DNA from: an uncultured Methylomirabilota bacterium | GTDB lineage: Bacteria > Methylomirabilota > Methylomirabilia > Methylomirabilales > 2-02-FULL-66-22 | Length of the DNA stretch: 64,000 bases | Assembly: GCA_963705305.1 (NCBI GenBank) | Contig: OY970067.1 | Location: forward strand, 1,504,001 to 1,568,000 | Direction: 5' to 3' | Part shown: positions 1 to 9,300 of the stretch, piece by piece | How positions within the stretch are numbered: the stretch's first letter is position 1 | Layout: each line of letters starts with the position of its first letter | Notes under the pieces: model-generated | Database searches by the model: none | Told to the model about the DNA's origin: nothing | Seen by the model: only the letters and a program-made list of their open reading frames with translations | Translations under genes and position numbers: made by a program

Positions 1-1
1 G

Positions 2-922
2 GCATCCGGATCGGGGCGGGCCGGCGATCACGCGCCGCCGCTCTCCGATCGAGAGGCCATTCAGGCCGAGCTGGGCCGGCCGATGAGCGAGCTGCGGTCG
101 TGGTCCACTCAGGCGTTGCAGGCGTACATCCAGCGGCTGGCGCACCTCTCCGCCTCCCTGGAGGCGACGACGGATGTTCCGCCGGCGGAGCACCAGAGCC
201 TGACCGAGCAGCTGCTGGCCCGCACGGCCCAGGTGGCCCTCCTCGTCCGCCAGCGCTCGGGGGAGGTCCCGCCGGCCGAGCGGGCGGCCCGTCCGTCCGC
301 AGTCGGCACCGCCCAGGCGGTGCTGGGAAAGCTGGCGGAGGCGCTGCAGGACAACTCGCTCCTGTTCATTGCCCTGTTGGGGGGGACGCTGGTCGTCTTC
401 GCGATCGGAAATCTGGCGGGCTATCGCCGTGGGGCCCGTCAGGCCTCGTACTATGGGGAGGGCGACCCGCGGATCCGGTTCCTGGTCCGCCCCTCCGCCA
501 CGCCGGAGCAGCCCGGGGAATCGATCCGAGTCACCCTGCCGCAGATACGCGACCGGCTGGCCAGCGGGCGCATGGTCATGCTCCAGCTCGGCTACGAGGT
601 TGCGCCCGCACACCGCCCGCGCTTCCTGGCGCTGGTGGACGATGTCGCGGGAGTTCTGAGCGAGATCGAGGGGCTGACCTACACGGTGTGGGAGGACCCG
701 CGGCATCCCAACCGGTTCTACGAGCTGCTGGTCTGTCACCGTGTGGCGGCTCTCGACCGCCTCACCGCGACCGAGGCGCGTCTCGCCCACCTGGCTCAGG
801 CGGTAGAGGCCTGCCGGGTTTCCGGCGGGCCGGTGCTGCGGCGGGCCTGGCTGGCGGTGCTGCCCCAGTCCGGAAAGACCGCCGCATCTCCCGCCGCCCC
901 GGACGCCTCGCAGCTGCGCTGA
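2..922 (+). CDS. hypothetical membrane protein, probably 5'-truncated by the window edge
   Basis: Frame of ORF 83..922 is open back to base 2; hydrophobic segment LLFIALLGGTLVVFAIGNLAG; GC3-rich codons. Confidence 0.6.
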   Translation, partial: ASGSGRAGDHAPPLSDREAIQAELGRPMSELRSWSTQALQAYIQRLAHLSASLEATTDVPPAEHQSLTEQLLARTAQVALLVRQRSGEVPPAERAARPSAVGTAQAVLGKLAEALQDNSLLFIALLGGTLVVFAIGNLAGYRRGARQASYYGEGDPRIRFLVRPSATPEQPGESIRVTLPQIRDRLASGRMVMLQLGYEVAPAHRPRFLALVDDVAGVLSEIEGLTYTVWEDPRHPNRFYELLVCHRVAALDRLTATEARLAHLAQAVEACRVSGGPVLRRAWLAVLPQSGKTAASPAAPDASQLR

Positions 923-1130
923 GAGAGGCGGCCTAGAGCCCTGTGAGGCAGAGAGGCCGTGTCCCCGTGAAGGCACGCCGGCCGACGCTTCCTGTGAATT
1001 CTGCCGAGGAGGCCGGAGCCGGGCGGGCGGTTTCGAGGCTCTTGCGGGAGAGACGGACAGCCGTTTAGGCGGGTGGCGCGAGGACCGGCGCTGGGTCAGG
1101 GAAAGTCGAGTCGTGGGCTCGGCGATCGAA

Positions 1131-1325
1131 TCAGCGGGCGGCTCTCTTCCCGCCCAGCCAGGCCGCCGGGACCTTGCCGGTGCCGCCACACATGCCGCAG
1201 GCGGCGTTGGGGGCCCATTGCTTGGGAACCTTGGAATTCTGGGGCCACTCGAACCGACCGCGCCCGCCGCAGCCGGGACAGGGCACCATCTGCTCTTGCG
1301 AAGCAGGCGCGACCATCGTCATCAT
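1131..1325 (-). CDS. small zinc-finger protein with two DnaJ-type CxxCxGxG motifs
   Basis: CPGCGGRG and CGMCGGTG in a 64-aa ORF directly downstream of a same-strand gene. Confidence 0.6.
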   Translation of the reverse strand: MMTMVAPASQEQMVPCPGCGGRGRFEWPQNSKVPKQWAPNAACGMCGGTGKVPAAWLGGKRAAR

Positions 1326-1365
1326 CCCCGCCAGAGGGAATGCGGCCGGAGCGGGCGCCTGAGGC

Positions 1366-1683
1366 TTACGTCAGGTCTCCAAACCAGCGGTTGAAGATGA
1401 CCTTGACGTCCGGTCCTGCAGCCCCGGTGCCGTACACCCCGTCCGCCACCCCGTCCACCCCCCGGACCTGAAACAGTGTGAAATGCTTGCGCTCTTCCCC
1501 GGCGGCGATAAACCGGGGGAACCAGGTGAGATCGCAGAAGCGGTGCAGGCCCTCCGCGGGAATCGCTCCCGCAGGTCCGGCGGCGCCGCGGTGCCGGGCG
1601 GTCAGCCGGGGCTGCGAACTGCGCCCCCGCGCGGCCTCGATCTCCGTGCAGGACTCGACCTCCCAGATATCCACCGCCCCCAT
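1366..1683 (-). CDS. hypothetical protein (105 aa)
   Basis: ATG at 1683 preceded by AAGGAGG; MGAVDIWEVESC...VIFNRWFGDLT. Confidence 0.6.
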   Translation of the reverse strand: MGAVDIWEVESCTEIEAARGRSSQPRLTARHRGAAGPAGAIPAEGLHRFCDLTWFPRFIAAGEERKHFTLFQVRGVDGVADGVYGTGAAGPDVKVIFNRWFGDLT

Positions 1684-1851
1684 GCGGATCCTCCTTGGCA
1701 TCGTCAGCACCGGACGCCCCAGATGGGCCGCCGTCCGGCCGTCCCCTCGGTGACGGTCGAGGCCTTCCCTCGGTGCCGCGATCGATCCGGCGCCCGAAGG
1801 TGGAAACCGGGCGAGAGGCATGGCAGGAGAACCCACCCGGCTGGAACAGCA

Positions 1852-1929
1852 TGGCGTGCCCGACGCGATTTGAACGCGTGACCTTCGGCTCCGCAGGCCG
1901 ACGCTCTATCCAAGCTGAGCTACGGGCAC
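1852..1929 (-). tRNA. tRNA-Arg, anticodon GCG, encoded CCA
   Basis: Minus strand GTGCCCG-TA-GCTC-AGCTTGGATA-GAGC-G-TCGGC-CTGCGGA-GCCGA-AGGTC-ACGCG-TTCAAAT-CGCGT-CGGGCAC-G-CCA folds into a full cloverleaf. Confidence 0.96.
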
Positions 1930-2069
1930 TCGAATGGTTCGGCCGATACACATGTGATAGGAAATCTTACCCCGGAAGCCTATCGTGCGTCCAGCAAAAG
2001 CTGCCGGGGAGCCTCCGGCGGTGCGCCGTCCCGCCGCCGCGCAGGCACAGGTCCCGGGCCAGGATCGGG

Positions 2070-3185
2070 TCAGGCGGCAGGCGGGAAGCACTTGATGACT
2101 TCGAGGGAGGCGCCCTCCGCCGCCTCGAAGGACGCGTGACGGGAGAGGGCCGGGACAAAGAACGTCCCTCCGGCTTGGAGGGGGAGGTCGATCCCGTCGC
2201 CGCGCAGGCGCCCGCGACCCGCCGTCACGATCCCGACGTAGCAACGTCCCCGGTCCCGATCCGGCACCGCCTCTCGCACGCTGAGGCGGCTCACCCCGAA
2301 GCATGGCGTATGCTGGGGGCCGATGAGCAGCTCTTCCGTGCCGTGCGGATCTTCGGCCAGCGTTCGGGGGGCCAGCGTGTGTCGGCTGACAAACGCCTCG
2401 CCTGCCGCGCGGTAGTCGAAGCAGCGCATTCCCAGATCGAAATCCAGACCCATGAAGCACTGGGCCTCGGTCCGGCGGATCTCGCCGAAGGAGTACTCGG
2501 CGTTGACAACCAGGTCGGTGGGCTCCTGCACCTCGATGAGGAAGACGCCCGGCCCGATGGCGTGGGCGGTTCCCGCGGTGACGAGGTACACCTCGCCCGG
2601 GCGGACCTCGATTCGGTTGAGGGCCGCGACCATGGCCGGGATGTCCTGGGCCTTGGCGGCCCGGCGGAAATCGGCCTCGGTCACCCCGTCGCGGAAACCG
2701 AAGAGGATGTGGGGCGTGTCCACACCGATGGTTCGCGTGGCCAGGACGAGCCAGGACTCGGTCTTGCCGAAGGTCGAGCCGAGGTGCTGGCGGGCAAAGA
2801 CGCGATCCGGGTGGGACTGGATGGGCAGGCGCATGGCCGAGTCCAGGAGCTTGCAGAGGACTCCCAGCTCCCGGCCATGGCGGGCCACGTGAGCGGCCCC
2901 CAGCATGGCCTCCGGGAATTGCTCGATCAGCGTTCTGAGGAGGATCGTTCCGCTGCCGGGCAGCGTCACGCGGCTCAACCCCTCTTCGGGAGGCCGGTTG
3001 GGAAGCTTGGTGACCGTGGTGGAGCCGACCCAGTCCTCCGGAAAGTGACCGTCCTCCGGCCGCTGCACGCCTTGAAACCGGTCCAGCAGGGCCCCGCCCC
3101 GCCAGCGACGGTACACGCGGTTCTGCGCCAGCGGCAGCGGGCGGCGCGTCAGAGGCTCGAGCGATGCGGGGGGCTGAGAGGGCAT
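2070..3185 (-). CDS. class I mannose-6-phosphate isomerase-like cupin protein
   Basis: Motifs PEDW, KLLD..RLPIQSHPD, KTESW, AHAIG, EVQEPTD. Confidence 0.8.
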   Translation of the reverse strand: MPSQPPASLEPLTRRPLPLAQNRVYRRWRGGALLDRFQGVQRPEDGHFPEDWVGSTTVTKLPNRPPEEGLSRVTLPGSGTILLRTLIEQFPEAMLGAAHVARHGRELGVLCKLLDSAMRLPIQSHPDRVFARQHLGSTFGKTESWLVLATRTIGVDTPHILFGFRDGVTEADFRRAAKAQDIPAMVAALNRIEVRPGEVYLVTAGTAHAIGPGVFLIEVQEPTDLVVNAEYSFGEIRRTEAQCFMGLDFDLGMRCFDYRAAGEAFVSRHTLAPRTLAEDPHGTEELLIGPQHTPCFGVSRLSVREAVPDRDRGRCYVGIVTAGRGRLRGDGIDLPLQAGGTFFVPALSRHASFEAAEGASLEVIKCFPPAA

Positions 3186-3231
3186 GGCTTCATCCTCTCC
3201 GGGCATTGAGATTGAAAGCCGCGCTGCACTT

Positions 3232-3298
3232 CGTCACCCCGGTGAAAACCGGGGTCCAGGGTCGGTCCGCCTGGATTCCGGCTTCCGCCGGAATGACG
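3232..3298. repeat. REP-like double-hairpin palindromic element
   Basis: CGTCACCCCGGTGAAAACCGGGGTCCAGG ... CCTGGATTCCGGCTTCCGCCGGAATGACG: two hairpins in inverted orientation with GTCA/TGAC ends. Confidence 0.75.
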
Positions 3299-3532
3299 TG
3301 CCTGACACCCTGCGTGCGGGTCCCGCGAACGTCGGGAAGCGTTGGAACAATTCGCGCAGTAACGCATGCGTATACTCCCTCTCGCCGGGGGCCGCGTGGG
3401 TCCAGTCTCCCCCAGCGGCGACCGCGTGTCAACCGTCGCGCCTCGGGCTATGCCGGGGCGTCCCGTTGGAGTATGATGCCTCGGAGCGGCATGAGTCAGG
3501 CGTCGCGGAAACCCCGAGCGAGGAGGAGACAG

Positions 3533-4006
3533 ATGTCCGGCCAGGTTGCCTACACATCGCACGTGCGGATCGAGCGGGTGAAGGGCCCGCTGCGGCGGGC
3601 CTATCTGCCGGTGGAGACACAGCCGACCCTGTTCGGCGTGCACTCCGAGGTGGCGCAGCATTACGGCGTGGACCCCGCCGTCCACGAGCCCCACGCCACC
3701 ACCCTGGACTATATCGTCGCGGCCGCCGCCGGGTGACTCACGGGAACCTTCGGGGGCGCGCTGGAGGCGCGCGGGATTCCGGCGGGGGAAGGCCGGCTGG
3801 TCTCGGAGGCCACCGGCGAGATCGAGGCAGACGGGCGGGTGCTGGTGATCCGCCGCATTCACGTGCGCTATCGGCTGAAGCTGGAGCCGGAGAAGCGCGA
3901 GGCGGCGGAGCGGGTGCTTCGGATCCACGCCGATCACTGCCCGGTCGCCCGCAGCATCGGCGGCTGCATCGCCATCTCGACCTCGCTCGAGATGCAGGAT
4001 GCGTGA
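3533..4006 (+). CDS. OsmC/Ohr-family protein, predicted selenoprotein (Sec68 at TGA 3734-3736)
   Basis: RBS AGGAGGAG; frame continues through TGA as LDYIVAAAAG-U-LTGTFGGALEARGI...IHADHCPVARSI...EMQDA; TGA sits at the OsmC catalytic Cys position. Confidence 0.88.
3743..3780 (+). promoter_or_regulatory. candidate bacterial SECIS element
   Basis: GCGCGC(3756-61)-TGGAG-GCGCGC(3767-72) stem-loop; loop starts 25 nt after the TGA and contains G; possible lower pairing GGAA/TTCC. Confidence 0.65.
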
Positions 4007-4071
4007 TGGCGGGAGGCGGTCGCCCCGGCCGGCCGCCGTCCGGCCGGTCGCGGGGCGCGGGAGGACTCCAG

Positions 4072-4650
4072 ATGCGCCAGATGCGGAGGGCGACGGAAAC
4101 GAGCCGGTCCGCCCGGCGGCGGGTCAGCCCGACAGGGGCCGCGTGGCTCCTGGCAGCCGGGCTGCTCGTAGCGGCAGGCGCGGCCCAGGCCCTGGACCTA
4201 TCCAGTCCGGGCTTTCCGGCGGGTGGGGAGATTCCGGCGACCTACACCTGCGACGGGGTAGACAGGTCGCCGGCCCTGCGGTGGGGCGACGTGCCGGCGG
4301 GCGTCAAGGAGTTCGCGCTGATCGTGGACGATCCCGACGCGCCGGGGGGTGTCTGGGTCCACTGGGTGCTCTATGGGATTCCGGCGGACGTGCGGTCCCT
4401 CCCCGAGGGGGTCCCGCCGAGAGACGCCGTCCCGGGGTCCGGGATCCAGGGCGTGAATGATTTCCGGCGGACAGGCTATGGGGGCCCCTGTCCGCCGCAC
4501 GGACCGGCCCACCGGTACGTCTTCACCCTGTATGCCCTGGACAGCCGATTGGACCTCAGGCCGGGCCTGACCAAGGCGGATCTGCTGAAGGTGATGGAGG
4601 GCCACATCCTGGCCCGCGGCGAGATCGTGGGGCGCTACAAACGCCGCTGA
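4072..4650 (+). CDS. YbhB/YbcL (PEBP) family protein with signal peptide
   Basis: TCDG..SP, DPDAP..WVHW, YGGPCPP, HRYVFTLYALD. Confidence 0.9.
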   Translation: MRQMRRATETSRSARRRVSPTGAAWLLAAGLLVAAGAAQALDLSSPGFPAGGEIPATYTCDGVDRSPALRWGDVPAGVKEFALIVDDPDAPGGVWVHWVLYGIPADVRSLPEGVPPRDAVPGSGIQGVNDFRRTGYGGPCPPHGPAHRYVFTLYALDSRLDLRPGLTKADLLKVMEGHILARGEIVGRYKRR

Positions 4651-4673
4651 GGGCGCGGGCCGTTCCGGGGCGA

Positions 4674-5195
4674 TCAGGCCCGGTCGCCCAGCAGCTTCTC
4701 CATGATGACGATGTCCACCCGGCGGCCGTCCAGGAGACCCTGCTCCTTGTAGATTCCCACCTCCCGAAAGCCGGCCGCCCGGTAGAGCGCCATCCCGCCC
4801 GGGTTAAAGGGGAAGGCCGCCAGGACTAGCTTGTGATACCCGAGGTCTCGAGCCCGCTCGGTGAGGGCCTGGAGCAGCCGTCCCCCCACGCCGCGGCCGC
4901 GCCAGGAGCGCTCGACGTAGAGCGAGAAGTCGGCCACGTAATCGTACGCCTTCCGGGGATTGAACGAGTTCAGGCTGCCGAACCCGACCACCCGACCGTC
5001 CGTCTCGGCCACCAGGACGGGATGCCGGGGCCCCCGTGCCTGGAGCCAGGCCCGCCGCTCTTCGACTGGCCGTTCCTCCGTCTCGAGGGTGGCGGTCCGG
5101 TCAACGATCCCCTGGTTGTAGATCAGGGCGATGGCCGGCGCGTCCTCCAGGACGGCCTCCCGGATGCGGATATCTTTCACTTCGCGGCCGGACAT
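4674..5195 (-). CDS. GNAT N-acetyltransferase, phosphinothricin/ArsN1-like
   Basis: IYNQGIVDRTATLET, RGRGVG, YRAAGFREVG; RBS GGAGGAG before ATG 5195. Confidence 0.85.
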   Translation of the reverse strand: MSGREVKDIRIREAVLEDAPAIALIYNQGIVDRTATLETEERPVEERRAWLQARGPRHPVLVAETDGRVVGFGSLNSFNPRKAYDYVADFSLYVERSWRGRGVGGRLLQALTERARDLGYHKLVLAAFPFNPGGMALYRAAGFREVGIYKEQGLLDGRRVDIVIMEKLLGDRA

Positions 5196-5425
5196 GGCTC
5201 CTCCTTCGTGTCGATCGGCTGCCATTGTAGGCGGTCGTTCGGCCGTGTCAACCGCTACGGGCGGATTCGCGTGCTGCGACCGGCGGCAGCTCGCCGCGGG
5301 TTTTTTCTTGACGCCTGGGGACCGGGCAGGGGATGCTCTGGCTCCGATCCAGCCGCCGACTTGGTTCATTCCCGTCGGTTGCCATACCCCCGGTTCCGGG
5401 TCCACACGCGCGAGGGGACACACGC

Positions 5426-6528
5426 ATGGATCCCTGCTACCGCATTCAGGACGTTCGAGCAGCTCGAGACGCCGGCCCTGGTCTTCTACGAGGATCAGAT
5501 CCGCCGGAACATCGCCCACATGGGCGAGCGGCTGGGCGGCTACGCCCGCCTGCGGCCGCACATCAAGACCCACAAGTGCCGGGAGGTTCTCGACCTCCAG
5601 ATGGCGGCCGGCATCCAGCGCTTCAAGTGCGCCACCATCAAAGAGGCCGAGATGGCCGCGGGCGCCGGGGCAGCGGAGGTGCTGGTCGCGTATCCGGTGG
5701 TCGGCCCGATGGCGGGGCGGGTGGCGGCCCTGCAGAGACGGTACCCGCTCGTCCGGTTCGACGTCTCTGGCGGATGCGCCCGCGCTCATCCCGCCGCTGT
5801 CGCAGGCGGCGGCCAAAGAAGGGGTCGAGCTGGGAGTCATGGTGGACTTGAATGCCGGCCTGGATCGGACGGGCGTGGCCTCGCCGGCGGGGGCGGCGGC
5901 GCTGGCGCGGGCCATCCAGGACGCGCCCGGGCTGCGCTTCGCCGGGCTGCACGGCTACGGCAGCCGGCCGGCCCGCGGTGAGGCGGAAGAGCGGGAGCGG
6001 GTGTACCGGGACGCCATCCAAGCGACTGTGGCGATGCGACGTGGGCTGGAGGCCGCCGGCATCCCGGTGCCCCGCGTGACGGTCGGAAACTCGCTGGACT
6101 ATCACCTGGCGGCGGAGATGGATGGGGTGGACGAGGTGTCTCCGGGAACCTGGATCCTCTGGGACAAGGGGTACGAGGATCTGCTGCCCGGGCACTTCGC
6201 CTGGGCCGCCCTGGTGATCGGCCGGGTGATCAGCCGGCCGACAGCCAGCCTGTTCGCGGTGGATGCCGGCTATAAGTCCGTGTCGGCCGATCCCGCCATC
6301 CCGCATGCCCAGGTGATCTCCGTGCCAGGGAGCGAGGTGGTGGGGCGCTGGGAGGAGCATCTGCTGGTCCGCCTGCCCGACGCCTCGGCGGAGCCCACAG
6401 TCGGGACGCCGATCTACGTCGTCCCGGTCCACGTCTGCTCGACGGTGAACCTGTGGGACGAGGCCGTGGTGGTGAACGGGCAGGGGCAGGTGGCCGGCCG
6501 TTGGAAGATCGCCGCCCGCGGACACTGA
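5426..6528 (+). pseudogene. fold-type III PLP enzyme (D-threonine aldolase/D-serine dehydratase-like) with two +1 frameshifts
   Basis: MDPCYRIQDV | EQLETPAL..RPHIKTHK..KCATIKEAE..FDV | LADAP..DRTG..GLHGY..DAGYK..EEH..PVHVCSTVNL spans three frames; extra bases near 5455 and 5766. Confidence 0.8.
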
Positions 6529-6837
6529 GCATCGGTGTGAGCGGCTGACACGAGGGACGGAAGGCCAGGCACTCGCTCGCATCTGCGCGACATGATCACG
6601 GCACGGGAAACAGACGGGCGGGATCGAATTCCAGCGTGCGCCGGAAAGAACACTTGCAGGATTTCTTTGTACAGCCTGCCGAGTGATGCGGGCCCCGCGG
6701 CCGCACCCGTTGACAGCCCCATCCCTAGAACTTCTGTCTCTATGGACGGCGAATTTTCCCGCTTGACAGGATAATTCGCTGGTGATACGTGTAAAACTCC
6801 AATAAGAATTGGTGTAAGACTATATAAAGTATATTAC

Positions 6838-6847
6838 TGTAAATACA
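6838..6847 (+). promoter_or_regulatory. candidate GntR operator abutting the start codon
   Basis: TGTA-AA-TACA palindrome in an AT-rich upstream region; TTGACA at 6763-6768. Confidence 0.4.
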
Positions 6848-7492
6848 ATGACTTACAAAAAAGTAACGCGACATAACAAGATTTTTGAGACCATCCGCGA
6901 TCGGATCGTCTACATGGACTATCCCCCGGGAATGGGCCTGACCGAAAAAGAGCTCTGCCAGGAATTCAAAGTCAGTCGAACCCCCCTGCGAGAGGCGATT
7001 CGAAAGCTTGAGGAGATGAAGCTCGTCAACGTCATCCCTCGCTTTGGGACGTACGTTTCGCCTATTGATATCAATGAGATACGGTGCGCCTTCGAAGTCA
7101 AGATAAAGCTCGAGGGCCTGGCGGGAGAGCTGGCCGCCAAGCGCATTACCGCCGATAAGCTGGAGGAAATGAGCGGGCTGGTCGCGGATGCGGATCGGAT
7201 ATTGGAAGACGGTGAGCACCGAAGCCTCATCGGGCTGGATGCGCGCTTCCACGAGATCATTTATGTGGCTACGCAAAACACCATTCTCCAGGAATTTCTG
7301 GAGAACCTCCACAGCCGCTGCGCGCGCCTGTGGGGCTCATCGCTGAGCGAGGTCATCCCGAGCCGGGAGGTCATTGACCAGCTTCGCGGCATTCAGTCGG
7401 CCCTCCACGAAAAGGACGGCAAGAAAGCCGGGCAGCTCATGGAAGCCCACGTCCAATATTTCATCGACAGGATCAAGATGCAGCTCCTCTGA
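6848..7492 (+). CDS. GntR family regulator with FCD domain
   Basis: wHTH VSRTPLREAI; FCD motif DARFHEII...MEAHV. Confidence 0.93.
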   Translation: MTYKKVTRHNKIFETIRDRIVYMDYPPGMGLTEKELCQEFKVSRTPLREAIRKLEEMKLVNVIPRFGTYVSPIDINEIRCAFEVKIKLEGLAGELAAKRITADKLEEMSGLVADADRILEDGEHRSLIGLDARFHEIIYVATQNTILQEFLENLHSRCARLWGSSLSEVIPSREVIDQLRGIQSALHEKDGKKAGQLMEAHVQYFIDRIKMQLL

Positions 7493-7524
7493 CCAGCGGC
7501 GCTCGCGCCGAAGGAGGGAATCCT

Positions 7525-7929
7525 ATGCAGGTGCTCAACGTCAATGACCGGAAGGACACGAAGATCCAGACCTTCCCCTACAAGGGGAAGCCGCTCGAGG
7601 TCAAAGATGTCTGGATTCGATGGCTCTCCCAGGCGGGGCCGGATGGATCCCCGGAGTATGGGCTTCGGTTCTTCACCATCGGTCCATCGGGATTCATTCC
7701 GATCCACAACCACCTGTATCACCAGACCATGTACATCCTGACCGGCCGCATGAGCTGCGTGTGCCATGACCCCACGACCGACGAGGTCGTGGAGGAGAAG
7801 CTCGTGGGCCCCAACGACTTCATCTACGTGCCGAGCATGGAGCCTCACAGCATGAGGAATCTGAGCGACTCAGAGCCCGCGACGTTCCTGTGTTGTATTG
7901 CCAACGTGTACGAGGACGAGCGGGACTGA
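7525..7929 (+). CDS. cupin domain protein
   Basis: IPIHNH..HQTMYILTG, YVPSMEPHSMRN; RBS AAGGAGG. Confidence 0.88.
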   Translation: MQVLNVNDRKDTKIQTFPYKGKPLEVKDVWIRWLSQAGPDGSPEYGLRFFTIGPSGFIPIHNHLYHQTMYILTGRMSCVCHDPTTDEVVEEKLVGPNDFIYVPSMEPHSMRNLSDSEPATFLCCIANVYEDERD

Positions 7930-7947
7930 GAGGAAAGGAGACGAACC

Positions 7948-9108
7948 GTGAGAGTTGCGTCGCGATTGGAGGCTTTCCGAGCGTACTTGGGCACCGAGAT
8001 GAACGTGCGCCTCACCCGAATGCGCAGCGAAGGGCGGGACGTCATCAATCTCGGGCTGGGGGATCCCGATGTCACGCCCCCGCCCCACCTGCTGCATGCC
8101 CTGCAGGAGGCGGTGGGCGCCCCGGACCATCACCATTACCCCAGCTTCTATTCCAACCGGCCTCTCAAGGAGGCCATCGCCGGGTGGTACGGGAGGCGCT
8201 TCGCAGTCGAGCTGGATCCGGATACCGAAGTCCTTCCGCTCCTGGGCTCCAGCGAGGGGCTGTTCATCATCCACCTGTGCCTGCTGGACCCAGGCGACAC
8301 GGCCCTGGTGCCGGATCCCTGCTATCCCTCGTACGTGGCGGGGGTGAAGCTTGCCGGGGGCCAGGTGGAGCCGATCCCCCTGCTCCGGAAGAACGGATTT
8401 CTCCCGGATCTGGAGTCGATCCCGTCCGATGTTGCCAAGCGGGCCCGGATGATCTGGGTCAACTACCCGAATAACCCGACGGCGGCGGTGGCCCCGCCCG
8501 AATTCTACCGCCGGCTGGTGGCGTGGGCGAAGGCCGCCAACGTCATCGTCGTGCACGACAACCCGTATTCGGAGGTCGCATTCGACGGATACCGGGCACC
8601 CAGCTTCCTGCAGTTCCCCGGCGCCAAGGAGGTGGGAGTGGAGTTCCATTCCCTCTCGAAGAGCTACAACTGCTGCGGCTGGCGCACCGGGATGTTGGTG
8701 GGAAACAAGGATGTCATCGCCGGCATGGCCAAGATCAAGTCCCATTCCGACCGGGGGATGTACTACCCGATGCAGGTGGCCTCTACGGCGGCCCTGAACG
8801 GCCCGGTGGATTTCATGGCGGCTCGGAATGCAACATTCAAGGAGCGACGGGACATCGTGGTCAACGGCTTGCGCGCGGTCGGGCTGGACGTCGATCTGCC
8901 TCAGGCCACGTTCTACGTCTGGTCCACCATTCCGGCCGGGTTCATCTCCCAGGACTTCTGCTTCAAGGTGCTGGACACGATCAACGTGTGGATGATCCCC
9001 GGCTCCATGTATGGACAGTACGGCGAAGGGTACCTGCGCATCGCCTTGACCCATCCGGCGAAGCGCCTGGCGGAGGCCATGGCTCGGCTGAAGGAATTCT
9101 TGGGATAG
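7948..9108 (+). CDS. class I/II PLP aminotransferase (LL-DAP aminotransferase-like)
   Basis: NLGLGDPD, NYPNNPT, HDNPY, SLSKSY..GWRTG, GEGYLRIAL. Confidence 0.92.
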   Translation: MRVASRLEAFRAYLGTEMNVRLTRMRSEGRDVINLGLGDPDVTPPPHLLHALQEAVGAPDHHHYPSFYSNRPLKEAIAGWYGRRFAVELDPDTEVLPLLGSSEGLFIIHLCLLDPGDTALVPDPCYPSYVAGVKLAGGQVEPIPLLRKNGFLPDLESIPSDVAKRARMIWVNYPNNPTAAVAPPEFYRRLVAWAKAANVIVVHDNPYSEVAFDGYRAPSFLQFPGAKEVGVEFHSLSKSYNCCGWRTGMLVGNKDVIAGMAKIKSHSDRGMYYPMQVASTAALNGPVDFMAARNATFKERRDIVVNGLRAVGLDVDLPQATFYVWSTIPAGFISQDFCFKVLDTINVWMIPGSMYGQYGEGYLRIALTHPAKRLAEAMARLKEFLG

Positions 9109-9300
9109 CCGCCGGATGCGGCCCGGGGATCACCGTCCCGAGGGGATCTCAGGTGCGCCGCCGCGGCTCGCCGAGCTCACCACACGGATCGTCACACCGG
9201 AAAGGCTGGCGGAGCGGCAGATGGCCACGCGGGAGGAGGCCGCGCCCGCGTGGCCGGGGCCTCGGGGGCCGGCAACGGCGGGGCGGCAGGCGGAGGATTC

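Noticed and set aside
3184..4071. Long N-terminal extension of the YbhB ORF (488 aa in the track)
   Set aside because: Overlaps the REP element and the OsmC gene in another frame; an RBS and signal peptide support a start near 4072.
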